DNA of 63,103 nt, the filler included, from Chiloscyllium plagiosum (Eukaryota), in NCBI RefSeq assembly GCF_004010195.1. It is 3 parts of one record of this genome, joined end to end, with 100 filler letters (N's around TTAATTAATTAA, not from the genome) between each part and the next. Parts side by side here need not be neighbours in the genome. Positions count along the whole stretch, not along the records: positions 1 to 15,740 come from NC_057714.1; 2 more parts are not named here. The stretch is one strand, 5' to 3'. Positions 1-13,612 of the stretch are shown one piece after another. The notes under the pieces were generated by a model that was given only the letters and a program-made list of their open reading frames with translations, did not search any database and was not told the origin of the DNA. Both the position numbers and the translations under genes were made by a program. Positions within the stretch are counted from its first letter, which is position 1. Every line of letters starts with the position of its first letter.

Positions 1-125
1 TTATGGAGATAAGGCAGGAACAGGATATTGATTAGGAATGAACAGCCATGATTATATTGAATGGCGGTGCAGGCTCGAAGGGTTGAATGGCCTACTCCTG
101 CACCTATTGTCTATTGTCTATTGAT
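1..125 (+). mobile_element. CR1 LINE 3' end
   Basis: CR1-type 3'UTR motif (ggctcgaagggttgaatggcctactcctgc) followed by a (ctattgt)n tail. Confidence 0.8.
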
Positions 126-2536
126 ACATAGTCCAAATATGCGGTCTCTGAATTCTGACTCACCAATTAATTTCAGTGGTCCTTTCACCTCATACCCAAA
201 AAAACTAATTCAACTGTATTGAATTTGGTCAACTCATTTGGTGCATCCCTAATGGCAAAAAGTACAAATGGAATTCCTTTATCCCAATCATCTGGATAGT
301 CTTGACTATAAGCCCTCAACATGGTCTTTCACGTTTAATGCCACCTTTCTAACCCTCCTTACAATTTTGGATGGCACACAGTGGATTTGAACTGTTTTAT
401 TCCTAAACTTTTATTACTAAAATGTATCTTTGTGTGTAGTCCATATCCACTGAAAAATGTGAGTAATTCTTCTTTGATCCTTCTTGCTGTGATACTGTAT
501 AATGGGATGGCCTCTGTAAATCTAGTGGACACATCCATTATTGTTAACAAATACTCATTCCCACTTATTGTTTTAATAAGGGGTTCTACACAATCTTGTA
601 ACTTTGTAAAAGGTTCCTCAAACACAGGAATGGTTTTCTTACTGTCTAAGGTTTTCCAGTTATCTGACAGGTATCACGTGTCTGACAAAATTCAACAACA
701 TCCTTATAACAGTCCAGGCCAGTAAAAATGTTTCTGTATTTAGCTTGAGTTTTTCTTACCCTTAAATGACCTCCCACTGGTAATTCATGTGCTACCCGCA
801 ACACCTCCTTTCTATAACCCACTGGTCATTAACCTGGATAAACTTATGCCCATTTCTCATCCACCTGATTATATGATAGTCTCCATTTCCTCATCAAGAC
901 ATAATTTTTAAGATGGTAACTTTTAGGAATACATTCAGATTCTTCTTCTGTTTCGCTTTATGATACAATTGCTTCAGTTTTTTATCTTTCTATTGTAAAT
1001 CAGTTAATTTCTCTGGATTGAAAATAGGCACTTTTTCCTCCACCTGTTCTTGATATGGCTCAACCATTTGATCAAACGTGGTCTCTGATAATTTGGCTTC
1101 TACTTTCTTATCTGTATTCATTGATTTCTCCTCCTGTTTCAACAGATGGTTTGTGACCTTGTTATATAGTAAGGAAGAATCTAGGATATACTTCCTGTAA
1201 TACCTCAGTTGTCTGATTTTCCACTGACCTTTCAACCACAGTAGGCAGCACTCCTACCCGTGATCCAGCTATATTATTACCAAGGACAAATTGTATATCT
1301 GGAACCGAGAATTTCTCCAGTACTCCTAGCACCACATCTCCACTTTTCACTGGACACTCCAACCTCACACTACATAATAAAGCACTTCTTGTTTTATCAT
1401 GAATTCCATGTACTAACACTTTTTCTGGTAATAGTCCTTCTGAGTTACATGTCTCCTCATATCTCAACATCAAAGATTGAACATGATCCCATATCTCTTA
1501 ATACTGTAACTTCTTTACTTGCTGCTCCTGGCCTACACGAGGAAGCTTTACCGTCGCAAGTACATTGTTTAAGAAGATCTGGCACTTCTTTCTTAACCAA
1601 CCTCTGACCAGGTTGTACATTCTGGTGCAGCTTTTTAGCCTCCACAGAGTTTTCTTTTACCAATTTAACAAAATTCACTGGCTTATCCTGTTTTCTTCCA
1701 TCCATCTTCCCAGTACTTTTGCTAAATCACCAATTGTGATTTCATGTGGCTAACATTATTTCAGTGAAAACACCTGAGCCTTTTAACTTCTCTTTTCCCT
1801 TCATGAATTTTCTTTTTACCCTGTGTTATCTTTATTATCTTCAAAGAGATCTAGTTTTCCCTTATCACTTGAGGATTTCTCTTTTTCCCAATTTTGATCC
1901 TCCATGGATTGAAATTGATGTCAGAAGCCAAAATTTGATTTATAAACCCACTCATAATCGTCAGACATTTCAGCTGCTAATCTTGCCATTTTAACTCTCT
2001 GCTCTTCCACATGAGCTCTTACTACTTCAGGGTGTGAATGTTTGATGTCCTCCAAAATAATCATCTCTAAGAGCATTGTAGGTTTGATCTAGTTTTAATG
2101 CCCTTATCCATGGATCAAAATGACTTTGTTTGATCCTTTCAAACTGAATGAAGTTGGACCAGGGTCCATCCTTAGATTCCTGAAACATTGTCTGTAGGCT
2201 TCTGGCACAAGCTGTTATGTACTTAAGATGGCTTTCTTCACCTCCTCATGCTCCCCAGATACCTCCTCTGATAGTGATGCGAATACCTCACTAGCTCTAC
2301 CTACCAGCTTTGTTTGGATCAACAAAATCCACACGATCACTGGCCACTTAATTTGTTTAGCCACTTTCTCAAATGAAATGAAAAAGATTTCTACATCCTT
2401 TGCATCAAACTTAGGCAATGCTTGGATATATTTAAACAGATTCCCCACCAGGTCTTTGGCTGCAATGGGTTTGCTCATCATCACTATCATCCCCACTAAG
2501 CCTATCTTCTACCTTCACCTCCATCCTTTTAAGAAT

Positions 2537-2630
2537 TAGAGTGGTGCTGGGAAAACACAGCAACTCAGGCGGCATCCAAGGAGCAGAAAAATCGATGTTT
2601 CGGGCAAAAGCCCTTCATCAGGAATAGAGG
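2537..2630 (-). mobile_element. Short Penelope-terminus-derived element with hammerhead motif, inserted in gypsy gag
   Basis: Minus strand reads ATTC CTGATGA A GGGC TTTT GCCC GAAAC ATC GATT; same family as the 7029, 13409, 46695, 54554 and 54997 copies. Confidence 0.7.
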
Positions 2631-3125
2631 CCAACTTTCCTTTATAATTGCCAATTTCTGACGTCCAACTCTCTCTCTTTCTCCCTTTCCTCTGGTAAGG
2701 CCTTCCTCTTTTCTTTTTGGTCCACAAGAGCAACAGTTTCCATTTCTCTTTCCTCTGCTTCTAACCATAATTCAAACTGTTTCAATTCCTGTTTATGTTC
2801 AAACTGCTTCATCTGCTATTGAATTCGAGCCACTTTCAAAGATTCTGATGGCATTTCCAGCAAATGTAAATAGCAAGCTATTGCTGTAATTACCTCCCCT
2901 TTTCTCACAGATGAAGGTGTCTCCAACTCCAGCTTGTCTGCCAATTCCAACACCTTTGCCTTGTTCACCTTCTGTAAAACCCCCAAAGTCACTTCTTCCA
3001 CCCAGCCATTGCTACACCGAGCACTGTTTAAACTAATCAAATTCACCACCCGGAACAAAAAATACTAATACTTACCATTTGCTGCCTTTGATTCCAAAGT
3101 GGAATGATAGGATCAATTATGACAA

Positions 3126-3134
3126 GAGCCCCCA
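3126..3134 (-). promoter_or_regulatory. Primer-binding-site-like motif (tRNA-Pro type, TGGGGGCTC)
   Basis: Lies 3 nt inside the LTR 3' end (CA) and matches the first 9 nt of the canonical Pro PBS TGGGGGCTCGTCC. Confidence 0.65.
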
Positions 3135-3434
3135 ATCTGTTAGGGACCAGGCCAGACCACCTCAAAATATTTTAAGAAGGTAGCTTAGATCCCAAATCTT
3201 TCTTATTTTAAAGGCAGATGTGAAATGGGTGTCCCAGACTTGATCTAACTCAGCTTTAAGCAAAATAAAATTTATTTAAATGTTACAGTTGAAACGCAAT
3301 CAAAAGAAAGCAGAATTTAGAATAACTTAACTGTTGGAAAACTTAACCCACTCAATACAGTAACTGATTATTTAGCTGTTTCAATACAGTAACATCCTAT
3401 AAACACACCCCTTGGCAGAAAGGTAAATTCAAAT

Positions 3435-3990
3435 CCACCAACACACTAAAACAGCAGCTAATGAACTTGAAAGACCCTATACAGACAACAAGCAAAATTA
3501 ATGTCATTTACAAATCCCATGCAACAACTGTAACAAACACGACATTGGACAAAAAGGCAGAAAACTAGCTACCAGGATACATGAACATCAACTAACCACA
3601 AAACAACATGACCCACTCTCACTAGTATCCTTAGATGCAGATAAGGAAGGCTACCATTTTGACTGGGACAACACATCCATCCTAGGACAAGCCAAACAGA
3701 GACACGCACAAGAATTCCTAGAAGCATGGCATTCTAGCCGTAGCTCGATCAACAAACACGTTGACTTGGATCCCATTCATTACCCCCTAAGAACAGGAAA
3801 TGACATCACCATAGGAAATGACATCACCACAGAAAGTGACATCACCAGCCCATGGAAACCCAAACATATAAATAGAAAGGAGGAAATACTGGCAATGCTT
3901 CGCCCAGAGACTCACTGAAGATGTTACCTAGTATGGTGATGAAACATCTGAAAATGAACCTTCCAGCTCAGCAAGCAATTCGACATCCAC
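3435..3990 (+). mobile_element. Penelope-like element 3' fragment (GIY-YIG endonuclease plus 3' terminus)
   Basis: Translates VIYK-PC..CNKH.IGQ.GRKLATRIHEH...FDWDNTSILGQAKQRHA.EFLEAWHS. Three 18-bp repeats (ggaaatgacatcacc) at about 3795-3848. Hammerhead-like CTGAAGA..GAAACATC at about 3915-3948. Confidence 0.8.
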
Positions 3991-4059
3991 ACATCCTCAA
4001 ACACAGATTCTTACAGGCAGGAGGGAATAGTTATGGAGAAGGACATAACTGGCCCACAG

Positions 4060-7000
4060 GTTCAAGATCTTAATTAGGCAAGACGAATTTTGATGGAATA
4101 AGACAGGAGCTTGCAGGGGTTGATCGGAGTAGTTTGCTTGCAGGCAAAGGGAACTCTGGCAAGTGGGAATCCTTTAAAATTGAGGTAGTCAGTGTTCAAG
4201 AGTCTATGTGTTCCTGTCAGGGTGAAAGGCAAGGTTGACAGGAATAGGGAACCCCTGGATGACAAGAGTTACTGAGGCCCTGGTCTTGAATATGAAGGAG
4301 ACATTTGGCATGTACAGACAGCTGGGATCAAGTGAGTTCCTTGAAGAGCATGGAGCGTGTTGGAGTACACTTAAAAGAGATCATGAGGGCTAAAAGGGGA
4401 AATGGCATTGACAGATAGGGTAAAGGAGAATCTAAAGCGATTCTACAAGTATATGAAGGGCAAAAGAGTAACTAGGGAGAAAGTAGGGCCTCCTAAAGAT
4501 CAGCGAGTTCATCTAATGTGGAGCCATTAGATGGTATTTAGGTATCTTCGGTATTTAGGGTCGAGAAAATTCTGGATGCTAAGGAACTTGGGGAAATAAT
4601 TAGTGATGTCTTGAAGAGTGTCTACATTACAGAAGAGGAGGTGCTCGAAATCTTAAAACATCTCGAGTCCTAGAGTCATAGAGTTGTACAGAATAGAAAC
4701 AGACTCTTCGGTCCAATTCATCCATACCGACCAGATATTCTAATTTAATCTTGCCCTATTTACCAGCATTTGGCCTGTGTCCTGTTAAATCTTATACAAC
4801 TGCAACATGACCTTAGTACTCCGGAACTCAATTCCTCTACGAATAAAAGCCAGTACGCCATATGCCTTCTTCACTGCACTATTTACCTGGGTGGCAACTT
4901 TCAAAGATTTGTGTACATGGACACCAAGATCCCTCTGCTCATCCACACTACCAAGTATCCGACCGTTAGCCCAATACCCCATCTTTTTATTACACTTACC
5001 AAAGTGAATCACCTCACACTTAGCTACATTGAACTCCATTAAGTATATTAAAGGAAAAAGAAGAACTAGAGAGAGAATAGGGGCCCCTCAAGGACCGAAA
5101 TGGACAGAGGGAGATGGGCGAGGTCCTCAATGAATATTTCACCGTGAGGAAAGGTAAGATTACTTGGGAACTTAGGGAAGTTATTTGTGATATCTTGGGG
5201 ACAGTCCATCTCACAGTAGAGGAGGTGCTATATGTATTAGAGTATATGAAGTTGGATAAATCTCCTTTTCCTGACCAGATGTATCCAAGAACATTGGAAG
5301 AGGCTAGAGAAGAAATTGAGGGGTCCCTGGCTGATACTTTTGCATCATCGTTAGCCATGGGTGATGTCCTGGAAAACTGGAGAGTAGCAAATGTTATGCC
5401 CTCATTCACGAAGGGCTGCAAAGAAAAACCTGGGAAATATAGACTAGTAAGCCTAACACGTGGGGTGGATAAGTTACTTGGGAAGATTCTGAGAGATAAT
5501 ATACACATGCATTTGGAAAGACAGGATTTGATTAGAAGTAGTCAGCTTGGTATAGATTTGTGAGTGGGAGATCATGACTCACAAATTTGTTAGAGCTCTT
5601 TGATGAAGTGACCAGGAATGTTGATGAGGGAAGGGCAGTAGACACAGTCTGTATGGATTTCAGTAAGGCCTTTGATAAGGTTCCAGATGATAGGCTGCTC
5701 TGGAAGATCAGATTACATTGAATCCAGGGAGAGCTGGCAAACTGTATACACAATTGGCTTGATGGTAGGAACAGAGGGTCATAGTGTAAGGATGCTTATT
5801 GGACTGGAGGCCTGTGACAAGTGGAGTGCCTCAGAGGTCAGTGCTGGGCCCTTTGCTGTTTGTTATTGATATCAATGATTTGGATGAGAATGTACAAGGC
5901 ATGATCAGTAAGTTTGCAGATGACACTAAAATAGGTGGTATTGTGGACAGGTTACCAAAAATTGCAGCAGGACCTTGATCAGCTGGGGAAGTGGGCCAAG
6001 AAATGTCAAATGGAGTTCAATATAGATAAATGTGAGGTCTTGCATTTTGGAAGTTAAATCAAGAAAGGAGTTTCATGGTGAATGATAGAGCCACTGGTAG
6101 GGCCTTAAGGACTGTAGTGGACCTTGGAGTTCAGGTGCATGATTTTTTAAAAGTGGAACATAGAACATAGAACATAGAAGAATAATGTCTCGTTGCAACC
6201 TACAACAGCCCTCCACACTATCCACCACTCCACCAACTTTTGGTCATTGGCAAACTTACTCACCCACCCTTCCATTTTCTCATCTAAGTCATTTATAAAA
6301 TTAACAAAGAGCAAAGGTCCAAGAAATGATCCATATGGAACACCACTTGTCACTGAGCTCCAGGCTGATTTGTTATTGATATCAATGATTTGGATGAGAA
6401 TGTACAAGGCATGATCAGTAAGTTTGCAGATGACACTAAAATAGGCGGTATTGTGGACAGCGAGGAAGGTTACCAAAAATTGCAGCAGGACCTTGATCAG
6501 CTGGGGAAGTGGGCCAAGAAATGTCAAATGGAGTTCAATATAGATAAATGTGAGGTCTTGCATTTTAGAAAGTTAAATCAAGAAAGGAGTTTCATGGTGA
6601 ATGGTAGAGCCACTGGTAGGGCCTTAAGGACTGTAGTGGACCTTGGAGTTCAGGTGCATGATTTTTTAAAAGTGGAGTCACAGAGGCAGGGCAGTGAAGG
6701 TGGCTTTTGGCACAATTCAATTCCTCTACCAATAAACGCCAGTACGCCATATGCCTTCCTCACCGCACTATTTACCTGGGTGGCAACTTTCAGAGATCTG
6801 TGTACAGTTTCAGAGATCTGTGTACAACTTTCAGAGATCTGTGTACACAGAGGCAGGGCAGTGAAGGTGGCTTTTGGCACAATGGCCTTCATCAGTCAGG
6901 GCATTGGTTATAGAAGTTGGGAAGTTATGTTGCAAATGTATAGGACATTGGTGAGGCTAACTTGGAATATTGTGTTCAGTTTTGGTCACCTTACTATCAA

Positions 7001-9055
7001 AATAGGGTTAACCTTGGGAATTATAGACTAGGAGAAAGTGAGGACTGCAGATGCTGGGGATCAGAGCTTAAAAATGTGTTGCTGGAAAAGCGCAGCAGGT
7101 CAGGCAGCATCAAAGGAGAAGGAGAATCGACGTTTCGGGCATAAGCCCTTCTTCAGAATTATAGACCAGTCAGTCTTACATCGGACATGGGCAAATTATT
7201 GGAAAGGATTTTGAGAGATAGGATTTATGATTATTTGAAAAAGCATAACTTGATTAAAGATAGTCAACATGGCTTTGTGAGGAGCAGGTCATGCATCACA
7301 CACCTTATTCAATACTTTGAGGATGTGACAAAACACATTGACGGAAGTAGAGTTATGGTTGTTGTGTAGAGATATTTTAGCCCATTTGAGAGCATTTGAG
7401 CCCATGGTAGGCTCATTCAGAAAGTGAGGAGGCAAGGGATACAGGGAGATTTGGCTGTCTGATATAGATTTGGCTAGCCCATAGAAGACAGAGTGTGATA
7501 GTAAATGGCAAGTATTCAGACTGGAGCTCAGTGACAAGTGGTGTTCCATATGGATCATTTCTTGGACCTTTGCTCTTTGTTAATTTTATAAATGACTTAG
7601 ATGAGAAAATGGAAGGGTGGGTGAGTAAGTTTGCCAATGACCAAAAGTTGGTGGAGTGGTGGATAGTGTGGAGGGCTGTTGTAGGTTGCAACGAGACATT
7701 GACAGGTTGCAGAACTGGGCTGAGAAGTGGCAGATGGAGTTCAACCTGGGAAAGTGTGAAATCATTCACTTTGGAAGGTCAAATTTGAATGCAGAATACA
7801 GGGTTAAAGGCAGGATATTTGGCAGTGTGGAGGATTAGAGGGATCTTGGGGTCCACATCCGTATATCCCTCAAAGTTGTCACAGGGTTGTTAAGGTTGTT
7901 CAGAAGGTATATGGTTTGTTGGCTTTCATTCACAAGGGGATTGAGTTTGAGAGCCGCAATGTTATGCTGCAGCTCTGTAGAGCCCTGGTTAGACCACACT
8001 TGGAATATTGTGCTCAGTTTTGGTGGCCTTATTATTGGAAAGGTGTGGAAGATTTAGAGAGGGAAGCTTTAGAGAGGGAAGCTTTAGAGAGGATTTACCA
8101 GCATGCTGCCTGCGACTGAAGGGCATGTCTTATGACGGAAGGTTGAGGGAGCTAGGGCTTTTCTCATGGGGGAAAGAAGAATGAGAGGTGACTTGACAGA
8201 GGTGTACAAGATGATGAGAGGCATAGATAGAGTGGATAGCCAGAAACATTTTCCCAGGGCAGAAATGTCTGTCACGAGGGACCATAATTTTAAGGTGATT
8301 GGAGGAAGGTTTAGGGAACATGTCAGAGGTAATTTCTTTATTCAGAGAGTGGTGGGTGCGTGGAATGCATTGCCAACAGTGGTAGTAGAGTCAGATACAC
8401 CAGGGACATTTAAGTGACTCTTGGATAGGCACTTAGATGATAGTAAAATGAAGGGTGTGTTGGTTTTTTGATCTTAGAGTAGGATAAAAGGTGCGCACAA
8501 CATCAAGGGCCAAAGGTCCTGTACTGTGCTGTACTGTTCTGTGTTCTATGTTCTCGGAAGGAAGTTATTAAACTGGAAAAGAGCGCCAGAAGAAAATTAC
8601 AAGGATGTTGCCAGGGCTTAATGGTCTGAGTTGTAAGGAGAAATTGAACAAGTGAGGACTTTGTTCTTCAGACAGTAGGAGACTGAGGGGGGATGTTATT
8701 GAGATGTACAAGATCATGAGAGGCAAGGATAGGGTGAATACACTCAGTTATTTTTCCAGGATTGGGGAGCCACGGGCATAAGTTTAAGGTTGGGGGGGTG
8801 GAGAATAAAAGGGAACCTGAGAGGCAACATTTTTACCAACAGAGAATGGTATGTATATGGATGAGCTGCCAGCGGCAGTGGTTAAGGAAGGTACATTAAC
8901 AACATTTAAAAGGCATTTGGACAAATAAATGGATAGGAAAGGTTTAGAAGGATGTGGACCAAGTACAGGGAGATAGGGTTAGCGTGGATAGATATTTTGG
9001 TCAGCATGGAGCACTTTGGGCCAAAGGCCTGTCTCTGTGCTGTAGGAGTCTACTA
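4060..9055 (+). mobile_element. Nested, rearranged CR1 LINE fragments (mostly +; inverted pieces at about 4670-5040, 6157-6367 and 6714-6845)
   Basis: RT motifs [42 protein letters not shown]; 3' tails near 8550 and 9055. Confidence 0.9.
7029..7155 (-). mobile_element. Short hammerhead-bearing Penelope-terminus element with 11-bp TSD
   Basis: Minus strand reads CTGAAGA A GGGC TTAT GCCC GAAAC GTC; direct repeat GAATTATAGAC at 7018-7028 and 7156-7166. Confidence 0.75.
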
Positions 9056-9074
9056 CTAGAAAAGCTGTAAAACT

Positions 9075-11175
9075 TGACCTACGTTTGGGAAATAAGGTAA
9101 GGCAGGTGACTGAGGTGTCAGTGGGGGAGCACTTTGTGGCCAGAGACCAGAATTCTATTAGTTTTAAAATAGTGATGATAAAGGATAGCTGGATCTAAAA
9201 GCTGAACTTCTAAATTGGAGGAAGGCCAATTTTGATGTATGAGGCAAGAACTTTCAAAAACTGATTGTCGGCAAATGTTCAGAGGTAAAGGGACAGCTGG
9301 AAAATGGGAAGCCTTCAGAAATAAGATAATGAGAATCCAGAGACAGTTAATACCTGTTAGGGTGAAAGGCAAGGCCAGTAGGTGTAGGGAATACTGGATG
9401 ACTAGAAAGCTTGACGTTTTGTTTAAGAAAAAGAAGGAAGCTTATGTCAGCAGAGACATGGGCTTATAGACAGCAGAGATCGTGTGAATCCTGAGAAGAG
9501 TATAAAGGCAGTAGGAGTATATGAAAGAGGGAATTCAGGAGGGCAAAAAAGGGGACATGAGATAGCTTTGGCAAGTAGGGTTAAGGAGTATCCAAAGGGA
9601 TTTTATAAATACATTAAGGACAAGTGGGTAATTAAGGATAGAATAGGGCCCCTCAAAGATCAGCAAGGCAGCTTATGTGTGGAACTACAGGAAATGGGGG
9701 AGATACTAACTGAATGTTTTGCATCAGTGTTTACTGTGGACAAGGACATGGAAGATATAGACATTGGGGAAACAGATGGTGACATCTTGAAAAATGTCCA
9801 TATTACAAAGGAAGAGGTGCTGAATGTCTTGAAACATATAAAGGCGGATAAATCCCCAGGACCTGATCAAGTGTACCCTAGAACTCTGTAGGAAGCGAAG
9901 GAAGTGATTGCTGGGCCCCTTGCTGAGAAGTTTGTATCATCGATAGTCGGAAGACTGGAGGTTGGCAAACGTGGTGCGACTATTTAAGAAAGGTGGTAAG
10001 GACAACTCAGGGAATGATAGACCTGTGAGCCTGACATCAGTGGTGGGCAAGTTATTGGAGGGAATGCTGAGGAACAGGATTTACATATATTTGGAAAGGC
10101 AAGGACTGATTAGGGATAGTCAGCATGGCTCTGTGCATGGAAAATCATGTCTCATGAACTTGATTGGGGTTTTTGAAGAAGTAACAAAGAGGATTGACGA
10201 GGGCAGAGGTGATCTATATGGACTTCAGCAAAGCGTTCAGCAAGGTTCCTCATGGTAGACTGGTTAGCAAGGTTAGATCTCATGGAATACAGGGAGAACT
10301 AGCCATTTGGATACAGAACTGGCTCAAAGGTAGAAGACAGAGGGTGGTGGTGAAGGGTTGTTTTTCAGACTGGAGGCCTATACCAGTGGAGTGACACAAG
10401 GATCGATGCTGGGTCCACTGCTTTTCATCATTTAATGATTTGGATGTGAACATAGGAGGTATAGTTTCTGAACAAAGAGACCTTGGAGTGGAGTCACAGG
10501 TAGATAGTATAGTGAAGAAGGCATTTGGTGTGCTTTCCTTTACTGGTCGGAGCATTAAGTATAGGAGTTGGGAGATTGTGTTGTGGCTGTACAGGACATT
10601 GGTTCGGCCAGTTTTGGAATATTGTGAAAAATTCTGGTCTCCTTTCTATTGGAAGGCTGTTGTGAAACTTGCAAGATTCAGAAAAGATATACAAGGATGT
10701 TGCCAGGGTTGGAGTATTTGAGCTACAGGGAGAGGCCAATAGGGCTGGGGCTGTATTCCCTGGAGCATCGGAGGCTGAGGGGTGACCTTATCGAGGTTTA
10801 TAAAATCATGAGGGGCATGGATAGGGTAAATAGACAAGGTCTTTGCCCTGGGGTGGGGTGTCCAGAACTAGAGGGCATAGGTTTAGGTTGAAAGGTAAAA
10901 GATTTAAAACAGACTTAATAGGCGACTTTTTCACACAGAAGGTGATACTGGTATGGAATGAGCTGCCAGACGAAGTGGCGAAGGCTTGTATGATTACAGC
11001 ATTTAAAAGGCATCTGGATGGTATATGAATAGGAAAGGTTTGGAAGGATATGGGCCAAGTGCTGGCAAATGGGACTGGATTAGGTTAGGATATCTGGTTG
11101 GCATGGACAAGTTGGACCGAAGGGTCTATTTCCATACTGTACATCTCTGTGACTCTATGACTGCATGACTCTATG
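9075..11175 (+). mobile_element. 5'-truncated CR1 (HER1-like) LINE
   Basis: ORF2 fragments KSPGPDQVYPRTL, RPVSLTSVVGKLLE, YMDFSKAF.KVPH, RRLRGDLIEVYK; (gactctat)n tail. Confidence 0.9.
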
Positions 11176-13408
11176 TCTCATCTATAGATAGAATCTTGGA
11201 AGGTGAATATTAATGCATTCACCATTTCCAGGGTCACTTCATTTACCTGGCCTTCTGGATTTATGAAGTTTTACCACTTAGGGCTGTTGAGATTGGATCA
11301 CAAAGTGTGTTCAAGGCTGAGCTAGACATAGTTTTCTTCAGTAAAGGATCAAGGGTTTTGGTGAGAAGTCAGGAAACTGGAATTAAAGATTATCACAGCA
11401 GCCATCATGTTATTGAATAGCTGAGCAGACTTGATGGGCTGAATGGTCTACTTCTGCTCCTGTCTGATCGTAAAACTGTTGATACGGTATACATAGATTT
11501 CCAGAAGATGTTTGATCCAGTGCCACATTAAAAAATTGTGAGGAAAATTATACATCATGGTACAAAAGGGACAGTTGCAACATGGGCATAAAATTATCGA
11601 GTGATAGGAAACAGAGAGTGATGGTCAATACATATTTAGTGGGCTGGAGGGAGATTTGTTGTGGAGTTCTCCAGGAGTCAGTCTTAAGTCAGACCCTTTC
11701 TATTCATGATATTGATAATCTGGATATTGCGTGCAGGGGACTGTTTTAAAATTTACAAAACATTGAAAAGCTGAGAAGAGTTATTAACTATGAGGAGGAT
11801 AGCATGGTGCTCAGATGGAGTCCTTAGCTGTATCAATAGTAGTGTAAAGAAAAAAGGCATTGAGATGGTATTGAACTTGTATAACACACTTGTTAGACCT
11901 CAGCTGGAGTATTGTGTATAGTTAAATAAAATTTAAAAACTGTGATGCCTGAAAGCTGAAAAAAAAGCAGAACTTTTCGTAACCTGAGTCAAGCTGTTGT
12001 GGTACAGGTATAACACCAGCATCTACCGAACAAATAAAAACTTGCCCAGGTATGTACTATACATAAAAAGCAGGAAAATGCCAACCTGTCAATTACCTCT
12101 CCATCAGTTTACTCTTGATCATCAGTCAAGTGATGAAACAGTCAACCGTGGCATCGAGCTGCACCTGCTCCTTGATGCCCCGTTTGGGTTCAACTCCTAA
12201 CCTCATTACAGCCTTGGTTCAAACATGGACAAAAGAGCTGAGTTCCAGAGGTGAGGTGAGAGTGACAGCCCTTGACATCAAGACTGCATGTGATTGAATG
12301 TGATATCAAGAAGCCCTGGCAAAACTGGAATCAGTTGGAATTGGGGAAATCTCTCTGCTGGTTGCACTCAGAGCTGGCAGATAACAAGATAGTTATGGTT
12401 GTTGGAGGTCAATCATCTCAGCTCCAAGATATCTTTGCAAAAGTTCCTCAGGATAATGTCCAGGGCCCAATCATCTTCAGATGCTTCCTCAATGACTTTC
12501 TCTCCATCATAAGGTCAGAAATGGAGAGGTTTGCCGATGATTGCACAGTGTGCAGTGCCATTTGCAACTCCTCAGATACTGAAGCAGTCCATGTTCAAAT
12601 CCAGCAAGATCTGGACAATATCCAGGCATGGCCTGACAAGTGGCAAGTAATATTCACCCAGATAATGCCAGATAATGATAATTTTCCAACAAGAGAGAAC
12701 CTAATCTTTACCTCTTGACATTCCATAGTTTTAGCATCTCTGAGTACCTCACTATCAATATCCTGGGGTCGACAAAACATTTGCAACAAAAACTTCCAGC
12801 TCGGCGAACAGAACCACAGCAACGAGCACCTGAGCTACAAATCTTCGCACAAACTTTGGTTACTAACTCATCTCCTGACTGCCCAAAGCCATCCTTAAGA
12901 CATTAGACTTCAAGTGGGCCATTCAGTCTGTTGAGTCTTCCCTGATATAAGAACCTGAACTCCAGTTTCCTGCCTTTTTCTCATTAGTCTTGATTCCTGT
13001 ACTGATTAAATATCTGACTATCTCACTTTTGAATATCCTTCACAACACAGACTCAACAGTCTTTTGCAACAAACAGAATTATTGCAGATTCACTACCATG
13101 TGAGCAAAAACAATTCTCCTCATCCCTGTCTTAAATAGGCAGTCCCTTTTTCGGAGATGATGCCCTCTGGGCCTAGACATTCCTACAAGGGAAAACAATC
13201 TCTCTGCATCTACCTGGTCAAGCCACCTAAGAACATATTCTAATTCTTCTAAGGTCTAATGCATACAAGCCCGGCCTACTGAAGCTCTCTTCATTAGGCA
13301 GACTCTCCATCTTAGTATATCTTTTCTTAGATAGGGTGACAGAACTGTTCACAGTGTCCTAGGCATTGTCTCACTCAATGTCTATGCTCCACTCCCTTTG
13401 AGGTAAAG

Positions 13409-13612
13409 GAGAAAGTGAGGACTGCAGATGTTGGAGCTCAGAGTTGAAGAGAATGGTCTTGGAAAAGCACAGCCTGTCAGGCAGCATCAAGGAGCAGGAG
13501 AGTTGACGTTTCGAGCATAATTCCTGATGAAGAGCTTATGCTTGAAACGTTGACTCTCCTACGCCTCGCATGCTGCCTGACTGGCTGTGCTTTTCCAGCA
13601 ACACACTATTTG
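13409..13612. mobile_element. Inverted pair of hammerhead-bearing Penelope termini with 14-bp TSD
   Basis: Arms are reverse complements of each other; plus-strand CTGATGA A GAGC TTAT GCTT GAAAC; flanks CCTTTGAGGTAAAG / CCTTTGAGTTAAAG. Confidence 0.7.

Larger units (their letters stand above)
130..3430 (-). mobile_element. Degenerate Gmr1-like Ty3/Gypsy LTR retrotransposon (part of 5'LTR, PBS, gag, protease, integrase)
   Basis: Minus-strand peptides: gag (FFISFEKVA..W; LVPEAYRQ.FR), protease-like VTVLRDMGS, and integrase core EEPF..DCV.PL.KT.SGN.YLLTIMDVSTRF.EAIPL. LTR end ...CCCTAACA at 3138 is followed by PBS-like TGGGGGCTC. Many stops and frameshifts. Confidence 0.85.
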
